A DNA stretch of 63,552 nucleotides, the filler included, from Basidiobolus ranarum (Eukaryota), in NCBI GenBank assembly GCA_040143965.1. It is 41 parts of 41 records of this genome, joined end to end, with 100 filler letters (N's around TTAATTAATTAA, not from the genome) between each part and the next. Parts side by side here need not be neighbours in the genome. Positions count along the whole stretch, not along the records: positions 24,907 to 26,359 come from JASJQH010012013.1; positions 26,460 to 27,912 come from JASJQH010012014.1; positions 28,013 to 29,464 come from JASJQH010012015.1; positions 29,565 to 31,016 come from JASJQH010012016.1; positions 31,117 to 32,568 come from JASJQH010012017.1; positions 32,669 to 34,120 come from JASJQH010012018.1; positions 34,221 to 35,672 come from JASJQH010012019.1; positions 35,773 to 37,224 come from JASJQH010012020.1; 33 more parts are not named here. One strand, given 5' to 3'. Positions 26,214 to 39,102 of the stretch are shown one piece after another. Below the pieces are notes generated by a model. The model ran no database searches, was not told where the DNA came from, and saw nothing but the letters and a program-made list of their open reading frames with translations. The position numbers and the translations under genes are program-made. The number at the start of each line of letters is the position of its first letter. The stretch's first letter is position 1.

Positions 26214-26359
26214 CCCTAACAAAAATAAAATTGATTTGATCCGGATCAGATCCACCCTCCAAAATAGCAAAACCGTCAGAGAACCGTCACAATATTGTTG
26301 GCTTGCATTCTGCCAGGGATTTTGATGATGTGACGGCGGTTTCTTGACGGTATCTTGGC
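26214..26359 (-). mobile_element. CACTA-type terminus CCCTAACAAAAAT (end 2) with subterminal CCGTCA repeats
   Basis: The reverse complement ends the transposase-downstream region at 33606 and 44018. ACCGTCA at 26272 and 26283; TGACGG at 26331 and 26345. Confidence 0.8.
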
Positions 26360-26499
26360 NNNNNNNNNNNNNNNNNNNNNNNNNNNNNNNNNNNNNNNNN
26401 NNNTTAATTAATTAANNNNNNNNNNNNNNNNNNNNNNNNNNNNNNNNNNNNNNNNNNNNTCTTGACTTTTGGCAGTGTTACCAAAACTTTGAGGAAAAT

Positions 26500-27912
26500 A
26501 AAAGATTGCAAACCAAGAAATTACAACAAAGATGTGATGTCAGAACCAGCAAATCAGGTTTCAACCAATGAGGAAGTTTTATTCATTTCTGCCCTATATG
26601 TGACCTCTGAACAAGACTGTAGGTTGTGATATATTGATTCTGAAGCTTCTCAACATTTCTCCAATCACAAAATCTGGTTTAAGACACTCAAAACTGACAT
26701 AAAGTAGAAGGTTTATATGGGATATGACCGGCCACTAGAAGCTCTGGGAGTGGGAAAAATTGAAGTGGAGCTTGAGAGCATCTCTGGGGACATGAATTTG
26801 CACAGAAAAATGTGCTATATGTTCCTGGGATAGCAAAAAAATTTGTTATCAGTGAGTAAAGCTACATACAAGGGGTGTAGCTTTAATTTTGATCAAAATG
26901 GCTGTGCAATCAGGGATCAAAAAGGGAATTATGTAGCTTCTGGAGCTAAGCAAAATAACTTGTATAATATTCATTATATTAGGCCAATATATGAACAAGT
27001 TAATATGGCCACAGCTGAAGAGATAGGCTGGAAAATCTGGCATAAGAAATTAGATCATCCAGGAGCTGAAAATATGAGATATTTAATCAAAGACAGGATG
27101 GTTTTGGGACTAAGTTTTGTAAATCCACTGGATCTGGGGCTATGTGAAGGTTGCCTATATGGTAGGCAACACAGACAGACATTTGTGGGCCCTGGAGTGA
27201 GCAAAATAGATCAAAAATTGGGCCTGATACACTCAGATCTGTGGGGCCCAATGCAGATGAAATCCTTAGGTGGAAAAAGGTATTTTATGACCTTAATTGA
27301 TGATAAGCCAAAGTATACTTGGGTGTACTTTCTGGCCAGTAACAATGAAGCCTTTGATACCTTCAGGAAATTCAAAGCAATGGTGGAGACTGAAACAGGT
27401 CTAAAGATTAAGATTATCTTTACTGATAATGAATGGGAATATACCTCAAAACTCTTCTGTAACTTCTGCTCAACACATGGGATAAAACAGCAGACTACAG
27501 TGCCATATTCTCCACGGCAGAATTTGCAAACAGATCAACAATGGAAAAGGCAAGATCAATGCTTCGTGGTCAAGATTTGCCAAAACAGTTCTGGGCTGAA
27601 TTGGTTGCAACTGCAGTATATACTAGAAATAGATGCCCTTGTAGGTCTCTATTGGCTGTGCCACCTTATCAAGCTTGGTTTGGAAGTAAACCTGATGTGG
27701 CTAATCTAAGAGTTTTTGGAAGTACCACATATGCACTGATTCTAGACCAGAAGAGATCAAAATTAGACCAAAAAAGCTAGAAATGTCTTTTTTGGGATAT
27801 TTGTTATAGAACAAAAGGGTACAGACTATATGACACTGAAAATAAAAGGCTAATGAAGTCAAGGGATGTGGAACTTGCTGAAGAAGAAAAACTTTCACTG
27901 AAAATAATCCTG
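26500..27912 (+). mobile_element. Copia family A protease-integrase, decayed
   Basis: Paralogue of 2200-3018. [21 protein letters not shown]. Confidence 0.92.
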
Positions 27913-28012
27913 NNNNNNNNNNNNNNNNNNNNNNNNNNNNNNNNNNNNNNNNNNNNTTAATTAATTAANNNNNNNNNNNNNNNNNNNNNNNNNNNNNNNN
28001 NNNNNNNNNNNN

Positions 28013-28978
28013 CATTCTTCCAGCCATCTGGCAGATACCCTGCAATATTGTGCCACTGTGTATTAAGTTCTTCCCAGATATCTGCATGGTCAACACCAGA
28101 CTGAATGTCAAGTCAAGTTTTCTTCTTCTGAAGCTGCTTTCTGCATACTTGCACAGTATTTCCCCCTCATACTTTTGAAAATCCTTCTTAAGCACTTTGA
28201 CTATTTTTGTATGTCCTTGTAATGTGACAATACTGAGGGTGCTTTGCGGTGTTTGTGCAGCTTTTTGCTTGCCTTTAAGTTTCGGGTTAATTTCAACACT
28301 TCAAAAAGTACCAGTGGAGTTTGGAGAGCTGTGAGTTTTATTTGCTGTTGTTTTAGCTTGCTGAGAGGTGCCAGGTGTTGGGTAAACTCCTAAATTTAGC
28401 ACTCTTCCAACTGGTGTACCCAGTTCCATGGTGAAATTAAGCTTTTTTGCCAGTATATCTGACTCTGTAAATGCAAATCTTTTTAATTGTGCAAAGAATT
28501 TGGTAAGTGGGAAAGTAAAGACTATACTCACTGGCTCCTTTGCTTCTCCCATGAGCTTACTAACTTCCTTCTCCTGGAGTACTTCTTTAGCTGCTTTTCT
28601 TTCTTTTACATGTACATAATTGCATACATTTTTGAGATGTTTCATGAATAGGCCTATACTAGCCCAATTGCCATTTCCTTACAAAAACCCAGCATAATCT
28701 ACATGAAATAAGTCAAGAACCTTTAGAGTAATGCCTGGTTTTTGGTTTTCAACAATTGACTCAAATCCAGGAGATTTTGGGCAAGTATCCACACAGTTTG
28801 CAAAATGTTAAACCACTCATCATCAGAGCAAGTGATGGCAGTTCTGACATTCAGAGTCTTTGAGTTTGCCAGTTTTCCTATCAGAGTTCTACTTTCATGT
28901 GCCAAGCAAATCTGGGTTGTTGTGTAAGCTTAATGGTCTGACACATATTCTGCTCTGCTAGATTGTCACAATGATGGT
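28013..28978 (-). mobile_element. CACTA second ORF, decayed copy
   Basis: ITCSDDEWFNIL, KHLKNV, ESDILAKKLNFTMELGTPVGRVLNL. Confidence 0.65.
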
Positions 28979-29382
28979 GTAAAGTGGGATAGGGGTGTTA
29001 ACTTAAAATATTCAGTAAGAAAGCTTAATCCCACTACAAATCTCCAGCAAAGCTGAATGTTATATACTGTAAGCTTAAAAATATCAACAGGAGATATATT
29101 CTTCACTCTATCTTCAAAGGGTAAAGAAAAACTTTAGTATGTCAATAGCTTGAAGACTTTAAAAGAAAAGATCATTTGTGATAATAGAACTATCAAAAAA
29201 TCCTCAATACTACAAGGGTAGATAAAACTCTGGTGGTTTCTCTAACTTGAAGTCTGAAGAAAAAGATATAGTTCTTTCAAGATTGGCAAAGACTTTGATT
29301 AAGAGTTGGATATATTCTATGGCTGTAAAAGTGAAGATAACTATGAAAGAATCTGTACTGCAATCTTCAAAAGTCAAGCCTA

Positions 29383-29464
29383 CCCTAACAGAAATTTGAG
29401 GATTGTTATCGTAGGAAAACCGTCACAATTTTAATCCATTTGGGATTGACCGTTTACTTACCGT
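29383..29464 (+). mobile_element. CACTA-type terminus (end 1)
   Basis: CCCTAACAGAAATTTGAGG, with intact CCGTCA/CCGT motifs. Confidence 0.8.
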
Positions 29465-31116
29465 NNNNNNNNNNNNNNNNNNNNNNNNNNNNNNNNNNNN
29501 NNNNNNNNTTAATTAATTAANNNNNNNNNNNNNNNNNNNNNNNNNNNNNNNNNNNNNNNNNNNNACATATCATGGGTAATAGGTCAAGCCTAACCCGACC
29601 CTGAGAAATATAGGTGTACTACCTCATCTACTAGGTGATCTCGTTTTTCTCGTCCATATTAAGTTTTGATTTTGAATACAGTGATCGTCCATCAGGTTTG
29701 ATGATAAAACCTTTGAAATAAGGTTTAAACTCTATATGAATTAGCCTTCTTAACACTAAGCTCTTTGTGAATTTGCCCTCTTAACCCAAGTCTTTTTGGC
29801 TCCTTACTTTCATTGATTTCCTCCTTTCCTCTCAGTGATTCCTACGTCTTTGGTTATTCCTTAGCGTTATAGATTATGCGTCAACTACTGTATAGGACTC
29901 ATTTCTAAGTATTTCAATATCTGGCTCACATGCGCTCTCTTCAGGCTATCATAGATGCTCGATGGGCCTAGTATCTATGTAGTACAGTATTGCCAATTCA
30001 TCTTTTAATACAATCGATATTAAAGTCTGTACCATGGCTGATATGAATAGTGTGAGATGAATACTGACACAAGTTGTGTGTTAGCGATGGTTGAGTAATG
30101 TGAGATTAAGTCACCAGCTACATGAGATAGTATTGATCTAGTTTCATCAAACACTCTCATGGCTGTCAAGTTTGCACTATCAATTAATCAGCACACCTAT
30201 TCAAGTAACTGCTATACAACTTTCTATTCAGGTTCAAAGTGATGTGTCTAAGAATAAGCCGAAATGTCTCGGAAAATTTGAATGAATTTTGTTATGAAGT
30301 GTGAACATACAACATGAATACTTCCCCAGACCCCTTGACTCTTGAATAGATGATCTTGCACACGAACAAATCCCATTTTGAAATACTGTCCCTAATCAGC
30401 CACTACACAGCCACTGTAATCGAGTGGCACGTGAATGCTTGTCTAAGGCGAACACTCGTGAACTACTTAGCTGAATCAGTGTGAAAGTAGCATATTGAAT
30501 CTGTACTCTGAATGGCCAAATAGCATATTGCTCAAGTAGTGTTTGGAATTGAATCGGTGTGAAGCAATTCGGTGACACAGATTCCGTTCTACCATGGATC
30601 CACCCACAAGAAATACCTCGGTTAAATCTTCGGTTGAACAAAAAGTGATTTTCTATTCAATTGAGAGAAAGATGAGAATAAATTTCCTGTGACTATCTCA
30701 CGAGATTGTGAACCAGATTATATCTAGATATCTACTAGATAAGGACCTACCATTCCAAAACCAGCTTACCTAATCATTAGAACATTTGGCGCGTGATTTA
30801 ATAGTGCTTCTCAGAAATGGAAACCAAACAAAACTGCTCAGCTGACCTTGCCTTGTGGCCCTGTTTATGTAACATATTTCCTGGTACTATGGATTTTCAT
30901 GTATTTAATAAGATTTTGTTAGTCGAAATGAAATTTCAAGAAACCCAAATGTATGAAGAGACGCCTAAACGTATGGCATCTTCAGTTGTGAAATTCTCTC
31001 TAAAAATCTCTGTTTTNNNNNNNNNNNNNNNNNNNNNNNNNNNNNNNNNNNNNNNNNNNNTTAATTAATTAANNNNNNNNNNNNNNNNNNNNNNNNNNNN
31101 NNNNNNNNNNNNNNNN

Positions 31117-32568
31117 ATTTATAGTTTTGTCAAGATGTAAACAAACTAACATGTAGAATATGTTAAGGAAGGTCCCAGGAACATGTGTGCAAAGCTTGGG
31201 GCTTCTAGCACAAGTTTGAAAAATCTAAATATCTAAGAACTTCTAAGTTGGTAAAAATATTCTAAGTAAATTCCAATTGAGAATAATTGATAATATCTTA
31301 GTGAATTATAAGATAACTAAGTACTAAGCTATATATGATGCTATAGATGTTTAGACAATGCTAATTACAACAAGTTCATCCAGATTACCTAATATGGAAG
31401 TCGTTTTCTTTGGAACATTCCATGAAACCTAACCAATCATGTCATCCCACACATAGTGTATTTCCGCCAAGACCTTCTACGGAAGGTCACCTGATCATCC
31501 TTATATCATTCATACATCATCCCTCTTTGTATTAGTCCTTGTAGTCCCTAACACTCCAACTCTCAAGCTTGCCACAGTATATTCCCTATTCAGTATGTTA
31601 TGTTTCACCTTGCAATATCTATATAAGCGCCATGTATTTCTTGATCAGACATCAGTCTGATCAATGCCAGTTATCAATAAAGATTCTTGCCAAAGTTTCT
31701 TCCTTGTCCAGTCTTGTCTTGTCTTATCTTGTGGTATATACCCAAGTACTCTGCTGCCTTCTAGCCTCTTGTTGTTGTTTCTAGTCCTTGTCCAGTTCCT
31801 TATTGTGACACTAAGATCAGTCATTTTGAATTTGGCAGATAAGCTGGATTTGGTTTTCTCCAATGTCTTCAAGTCTTTTGTTGCTATAATAAGGTCATCT
31901 AAATATCAAGCTAATAACACGGGGTTTGTCTTATCTGGCCTGAAGTAGATGAATGCTAATTTGTCACCTTCAAAATCCCTAGTATTTTTGATATATTCTC
32001 CTGAATATTTTTATAGAGTTCTTCATACCCAAGGTTTAGCTCATACCCAACACGGGTTTGTGTCAATAGCTCCATCAAAGCCCACCATTATATTAATGTT
32101 GCTTAAACAACATTCTTCCAGCTATCTGGAGGATACCCTGCAATATTTTGCCACTCTGTATTAAGTTCTTCCCAGATATCTGCATGGTCACCACCAGACT
32201 GAACATCCAGTTGAATGTTCTTCTTCAGAAGCCACTGTCTGCATACTTGCACTGCATTTTTCCTTCATACATTTGAAAATACTCCTCAAGCACTTTTACT
32301 ATTTTCATACATCCTTGTAGTGTCATACTACTGAGGGTGCTTTGCAGTATTTGTGTGGCTTATGCTTGCCTTTAAGTTTGGGGCTAATTTCAACACTTTA
32401 ACAAGAACCAGTTGAGGTCGGAGAGCTGTGAGTTTGAATTAATGGTGTTTTGACTTGTTGAGAAGTGCCAGGTCTTGGATAAACTTCCAAATTTAGCACT
32501 CTTCAAACTGGTGTACATGGTTCCATGGTGAAATTAAGCTTTTTTGCCAATTTATCTGACTCTGGAAA
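31117..32568. mobile_element. Mosaic: LTR-B piece, LTR family E (ends TGACA at 31810), Copia RT piece, CACTA second ORF (-)
   Basis: Segments match 48910-49166, 35490-35672/49727-49941, 6470-6610 and 47044-47820 respectively. Confidence 0.78.
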
Positions 32569-32668
32569 NNNNNNNNNNNNNNNNNNNNNNNNNNNNNNNN
32601 NNNNNNNNNNNNTTAATTAATTAANNNNNNNNNNNNNNNNNNNNNNNNNNNNNNNNNNNNNNNNNNNN

Positions 32669-34120
32669 ATTACTGTATGCTAATCTGATTAACAATGTAT
32701 CAGTAAAATCAGTGATGGATGTAATGCAATGGGTTAAGGAGACTTCAGAGTATATTAACTTTCCAACAAAGGGCTCTTTTCAATGTGCTCATGGGTTTTT
32801 GCATTATTTGAGCCCACTAACAGCAACAAAGCTCAATCCATGGACACAGAGTAAGTTTCTCTATAACTTGGACTCATTTGTTTGTGTGATAAACTAATGG
32901 TATTTTTTGGAAAGCTGCAAGACAGACTTCTTGGTGAGCTAGATCAAGATATGCAATATTATTGTTTTAGCCATGGGGTAATCTATTCAAGCAATGACAC
33001 ATCTACTTGTGGCAGGACATTTGTTGACTGCAAGTTGGAGATACATTGGCTGAATTCTTTACAGAAAGTTGCCACAATCAAGAGCTTATTCTCATTGTAA
33101 ATAGTAACAAGAGTCAGCTATTTGCCAAGTGTCAATGCTATTCAAAATTTCAGATGTTTAGCAATTTATCCACTGTTAGTTTGCTGGTAAAGCATATTGA
33201 TGTTGTTTAGTTATGTCTAATGGTCAAGTATGTGCATATGTGGAGACTAAACACAATAAGATTCTTGTTTTTTTTGATTCTCTTTATGGCTGGAATACAA
33301 AGCCTAAGATATCTAAATAAAGGCATGCATATTAATTTAAATTCCTACAGCAGTAAACCCAGGAATTTGCCACTTGAAAATTAACTTTTTGCAAAAATTG
33401 CCAGATAATGAATAACTCATGCCATATTTGAGGATCAATATTTCAACATGTATGGATGCCATCAAAATAATGTCAAGAAACCACCATCACACCATCAAAG
33501 TCCCTGGCAGAATACAAACCACCAATATTGTGATGTTTCTCTAGTGGTTTTGCTATTTTGGAGGATGGATCCAATCCAGATCAAATTGATTTTATTTTTG
33601 TTAGGTGGTGAGATAGATCAAGATATGCTGTATTATTGTTTTAGCCTTGAGGCAATCTATTCAAGCAATGACACATCTACTTGTGGCAGGACATATATTG
33701 ACTGCAAGTTGGGAATGTATTTGCTGAATTCTTTATGGAAATTTGCCTAAATCCAAGAGCCTATTCTCTTTGTGAATGGTAACAAGGGTCCACTATTTGC
33801 CAAGTGCCAGTGCTATTCAAAATTTCAGATGTTTGGCAATTTTTCCACTGTTAGTTTGCTGGTAAAGCATATTGATGTTGTGAGTTATGTCTGATCAGTC
33901 AAGTATGTGCATATGTAGAGACTGAACACAACAAGAATCTTGTATTTTTTGATTCTCATTATGGTTGGAATACAAAGCCTAAAATATCTAAACAAAGGCA
34001 TGCATATTAATTCAAATTCCTACATTGGTAAGCCCAGTAATTTGCCATTCAAAAATTAGATTTTTGCAAAAATTGCTGGATATTGAATAATGCATGCCTA
34101 ATTTGAGGAGCAACATTTCA
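32669..34120 (+). mobile_element. CACTA transposase C-terminus and end 2, followed by a second partial copy
   Basis: Continues the sequence at 16780-17033. Terminus TTTTTGTTAGG near 33605; 33606-34120 repeats 32932-33447. Confidence 0.75.
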
Positions 34121-34220
34121 NNNNNNNNNNNNNNNNNNNNNNNNNNNNNNNNNNNNNNNNNNNNTTAATTAATTAANNNNNNNNNNNNNNNNNNNNNNNN
34201 NNNNNNNNNNNNNNNNNNNN

Positions 34221-35384
34221 TTTGAAGATATTGGCACATAACTCCCACTGAATATGCAATATCTGGCCGTGTTCCAACCATGATATATATCAAACTACCA
34301 ATCATAGATTGATAAGGAAATTTCTGGCTTTCATTTGCATCCAAGAATGCAACTCCACTTCTCTAAAGTTCCTCCAAACAGCCCATATTTTCCCAATAGT
34401 GATTGATTGCTTACTTCCAGTAATTGATTGCATCCAATATCAGCCAAATTGAGAGTAGGATGTTTATTAGATATATAATTGGTCAAAAAAAATATTTCCT
34501 TGTTTCTGAGACCAATTTCCTGAATATTGATTTGCTGGAAAAATTATCCTTTTTCTGATTACAATATCTTTGATTGGCAGATATAATATGCTGATTTCCA
34601 GAAGCTGTTCCAAATTATCAGTATCCACAGAGTAATTGTCAGGTTTTCTGGTATAAATTGGTGCATTTCCAGTGCTGCCTGATGTTTCACTATTTGTATA
34701 GCTCCTTGATTCCAGAATATCATATAATTGTTTGTTCTCTTTGGTTTCAGTACTCAAAGTGAAGTTTGAGACAGGATTATTGCTTTTGATTTTCTGCTAG
34801 AAATATTCATTACAGGGATTGGTAATGATTCAAGCTTTTCACAGATTTGTTGGTGGCTGATCTTTAAGACTTTGTCCCAGATGTGATATATTCTAAATTT
34901 GGCCTATTTCCAGTATCTATTTCCAATGTATCATTTTCCAAGTTGGTTTCAGTGTATTGTAAGTTCAAGATGGGTTTCAGAACTTGTTAACTTGAAATTT
35001 GAGTTATTGAGAAATTAATTTTCAGCCAAAATCAAGTTCCCTTGATTAGAAGATTTGAGATTTTCTTTAATGATTATAGTATCTCTGGAGTTGATGACTT
35101 GATGTGTGCCAGCAATTAGGAGACAGTAGCCTTTGTTTGGATATCTTAATACAATACATTTAATTGCCTTATTGTCCAATTTCCAATGCTGAGGTTTAGG
35201 AATATGACCATACACTATTGATCCAAAAATTCTGAGGTGATTCAGATTAGGCTTGTTTCCAGTCCGGATTTTAATAGGAGTATTAGAGTCATGGTTGCTA
35301 CATGTTAGACTTCTATTTTGGAGATATGTAGCTGTTAGAATAGCTCCACCCCAATAGGTCTTAGGCAGAGCACAATCAATCAGC
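34221..35384 (-). mobile_element. Copia integrase and RT fragments
   Basis: YWGGAILTATYLQNR, KLDNKAIKCI, YQSMIGSLIYIMVGTRPDIAY. Confidence 0.85.
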
Positions 35385-35672
35385 TGTCATGATGCTGATC
35401 TTGGCATACTGATCCACTGCAAATAGAACTTTTCTATTATTAGATTATGGCATCATATCTGTGGTGCCATCCCTTCTTGGCAATCTGGTATTAGTTCATC
35501 CAGGTTACCTTATATGGAAGTCATGTTCTTTGGAACATTCCATGAAACCTAACCAATCATATCATCCCACACATAGTGTATTTCCACCAAGACCTTCCAT
35601 GGAAGGTCACCTGATCATCCTTACATCATCCCTCTTTGTATTGGTCCTTGTAGTCCCTAACACCCCAACTCT
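35385..35672 (+). repeat. LTR family E (TGTCA...TGACA termini), partial
   Basis: Starts TGTCATG. A reverse copy lies at 37325-37718, and other ends at 31810 and 49941. Confidence 0.75.
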
Positions 35673-35772
35673 NNNNNNNNNNNNNNNNNNNNNNNNNNNN
35701 NNNNNNNNNNNNNNNNTTAATTAATTAANNNNNNNNNNNNNNNNNNNNNNNNNNNNNNNNNNNNNNNNNNNN

Positions 35773-35947
35773 GTATGGCGGTGGTGGTGGCGGCGACTAC
35801 GATGATGATGAGTATGATGGCCATGGTGATGGAAGAGGAAAGAAGTACGGTGGAGGTGGGGGAGGTGATGATTATGATGGTGACGACTATGATGGCAAGA
35901 AATACGGTGGCGGTCATGGTGGAAACAATGACTACAAGAAATACTAA
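35773..35947 (+). CDS. Gly/Tyr/Asp-rich repeat protein, upstream copy (3' end)
   Basis: Hand translation: YGGGGGGDYDDDEYDGHGDGRGKKYGGGGGGDDYDGDDYDGKKYGGGHGGNNDYKKY*. AATAAA follows. Confidence 0.82.
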
Positions 35948-36793
35948 ATTAACTAGTTCGATGTGGTAGAGTTACTCTTTGAATAGAATTATTCTTCAGT
36001 TATACCCAGAGTTATCCTTATCATTATTTCGATGAATAAATCTTTCGTTTGACACACTATACTAGCCGCTATTCATGATAAAGTTGTAGGTCAACATATT
36101 GCTTTTCTTGGAGTAATAGCTAACAATCCTGATACCTGTTTAGATATAGTGTCGATATAAAGTAGCATTGAACTGAATAGACTTGTACGGATAATGGATG
36201 CTTTTGCCGTACTAGTTCAAAACGAAACACTACCCATATCTCAGTTTGAAGACAAACATTTCATATCTCTTTGCGTTTTCATTAATAAAACATCGAGAAT
36301 TTTTGTCTTGTTAAGCCCGTCGTAAAGAAAAGGGTGCGATAAAATAAAATGCACGGGATTGGCATATCTATCTGACCATTGGAATGTTTCAAAGAACTAG
36401 CATTCTGATATACTAAGATCTAGATTGCCTTATTTCTGAATTAAGCCTGACTTTATCAGGACTAATCGGTGTAAGCTATTACTGCCTCACAACATCAAAC
36501 AAACACTGTTAAACTCTAACGTAGAAGCATGTGTATTTGTACATCAGGGGTATGCACAAACACTCAGAGACTATCATTATTTTAAGTAGGGATCGTTTTA
36601 GGGCAGTGTTTTTTGATGAATACTTGGCAGATTTGGACAATATTTTCATATAACAGCAGTAGACAATGTTTTTTCAACTCTGTTGCAGATAAAGAGGAGA
36701 TTTAACGTGGTACCTAAACTGAGTTTTGTAATAGGTACCGCAAGATGCAGAGATCTACATATTAGTACCTCTCAATAAAAATTATTTTGAAAC

Positions 36794-36801
36794 TATAAAT
36801 A
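36794..36801 (+). promoter_or_regulatory. Candidate TATA box
   Basis: TATAAATA 46 bp upstream of the ATG at 36840. Confidence 0.55.
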
Positions 36802-36839
36802 GAGAACCATTTTCAGTATCTTAATAAATCATCTCAATA

Positions 36840-37224
36840 ATGAAATACTCTACTGCACAGCTATTGATCGTCCTTTCCGCTATTCTAGCTATAAATGCTA
36901 GTGTGTTCGAACGCTCGTACGACCCTAGTTATAAAGGGGTAGAATATGGTGGTGGCGGTGGTGGTAGAACCAAAAAATACGGAGGTGGTGGTGGTGGCCA
37001 TGGCGATTACGATGATGACGAATACGATGGTGACGGTCATGGAAGAGGAAAGAAATACGGTGGTGGCGGTGGTGGTGACGACTATGACGATGATGAGTAC
37101 GATGGGCACGGTGATGGAGGTGACTATAAGCATGGACGGGGAGGAGGCAATAAATATGGAGGTGGTGGCGGCGGTGATTATGACGATGATGAATATGATG
37201 GTCATGGTAATGGAGGGGGAAGAG
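36840..37224 (+). CDS. Secreted Gly/Tyr/Asp/Lys repeat protein, downstream copy, 3' truncated
   Basis: Signal peptide MKYSTAQLLIVLSAILAINA, then repeats of KKYGGGGGG-DYDDDEYDGHG. Confidence 0.88.
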
Positions 37225-37718
37225 NNNNNNNNNNNNNNNNNNNNNNNNNNNNNNNNNNNNNNNNNNNNTTAATTAATTAANNNNNNNNNNNNNNNNNNNN
37301 NNNNNNNNNNNNNNNNNNNNNNNNATCAGACTGGGGTCTGATCAAGGAATACATGGGGCTTATATAGATATTTCAAGGTGAAACATAATATACTTAATAG
37401 GAAATATATTGTGGCAAGTTCAAGAGTTGGGGTGTTGGGGTGTTGGGGGCTATAAGGACCAATACAAAGAGGGATGATGTAAGGATAATCAGGTGACCTT
37501 CCATGGAAGGTCTTGGCAGAAATACACTATGTGTGGGATGACATGATTGGTTAGGTTTCATGGGATGTTCTGAAGAACATGACTTCTATATAAGGTAATA
37601 TGGACAAACTAATACAAGATTGCCAAGAAGAGATGGCACAGAAGATATAATGTCATAATCTAATAATAGAGGAGTTCTATTTGCAGTGGATCAGTATGCT
37701 GAGATCAGAATCATGACA

Positions 37719-38130
37719 GTATGTGTTGGAGCAAGTTGTCTACCTTGTGGTTTGTGTTTGGCAGTTCTTGCCTCTTCAACCACAGTAGAAGCTTCATCTC
37801 TTTTGACTGGCCGTGGCTGCGGTCGCATGGCAGTACATGTTGGAGCAAGTCGTCTACCTTGTGGTTTGTGTTCGTGGTTATTGCTTCTTTAACCACAGTG
37901 GAAGCTTCATCTCTTTTGACTGGCCTTTGCCAAGGTCACATTCCAGTACATGTTGGAGCAAGTTGTATACCTTGAGGTTCATGTTTGGCAGTTCTTGCCT
38001 CTTCAACCGCAGTAGAAGCTTCATCTCTTTTGACTGGCCGCTGTGACCTCTGTTGCATGGCAGAACATGTTGGAGCATATAGTCTACCTTGAGGTTTGTG
38101 TTTGATTATTGTGGCTTCTTCAAGCTCAGT
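37719..38130 (-). repeat. About 114-bp tandem repeat (3.5 units) within a dispersed element
   Basis: GTTGGAGC at 37725, 37839, 37952 and 38069. Same array at 56215-56580 and 58175-58420. Confidence 0.85.
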
Positions 38131-39102
38131 AAGAGCTTTAATATCTCTCTCAAACACGCGTTGTCTTGGTCTTGTGGGGGTACATGTAGTAGCAGATTGC
38201 TGTCTTAGTAGATTGCTCTCAGGTGCCAGATCTTCATCCAACAAAGTGGAAGGTTCAATAATTCTTGTGGTTGGCCTTTGTTGCTGTCATGCAGTTGTAT
38301 GCATTAAACCAGTATGTCTTTCTGGTGGCATGCTCCTTGGAGCTAACTCTTCTCCAGATGTAAAAAGCTCACTAGTTGGTTTGGTTGAATCAGGTAGATC
38401 TCTGCAATGGTCTAGACTGCTCCAATTCTCCTTTGGGAATATCTTCTGATTCAATACATTGTCTTGCTTTTCTCTTCAAACTTCTGTTGATTACTCTTGC
38501 AATAGTGTCCTGAAATGTTGTTTTGAACTCTGTAACCTCCATCAACAGTTGCTGCAAGGTCTCTTTGTGTAGTGGTAGATATCTATTTGGAACATCTTTT
38601 GTCTCTAAAGTTGAGGCTCAATGGTTGCTTCCAGTCCATACAAGCAAAAACACAATTGAAATCGTGTCTTTGCGGACTCAAAATCAAAATTCCTATTTCT
38701 CAATTCACACTTTCTATCCTCATGAGTCTTATTGTATATTTTCTTGCAGACTTCTGAAGGCATGAAGACATAGTANNNNNNNNNNNNNNNNNNNNNNNNN
38801 NNNNNNNNNNNNNNNNNNNTTAATTAATTAANNNNNNNNNNNNNNNNNNNNNNNNNNNNNNNNNNNNNNNNNNNNTAAATGTTCAACAGAAATCTGGACA
38901 TTGCATCATGGTTTATCAGTCCTTAGACATTTCTAGAGGCTTGATTCCCTTTCACAAGGACCAAAGAGGAAAGAGACAGACCCATATTACAGTACATCCA
39001 GAGTTATTCAACCATGGTTATTGCACCCTTGGGACACCTCACAAAAACTCTTAGGATATTACAGTTATAGTTGCTGCTTTCACTGTAAAACAACTACAAC
39101 AT

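Noticed and set aside
29565-31016. Short ORFs in an apparently unique contig
   Set aside because: No motifs, splice structure or repeats recognised. Treated as intergenic.
35717-37272. Met/Val/Thr- and Ile-rich ORFs over the Gly-rich genes
   Set aside because: Alternative frames of GGT/GAT codon runs. Only the Gly frame has a signal peptide and TATA box.
37686-38130. 114-bp array as a CRISPR array or a second KEP precursor
   Set aside because: There are no unique spacers, no cas genes and no signal peptide, and it is frameshifted and dispersed like a TE.
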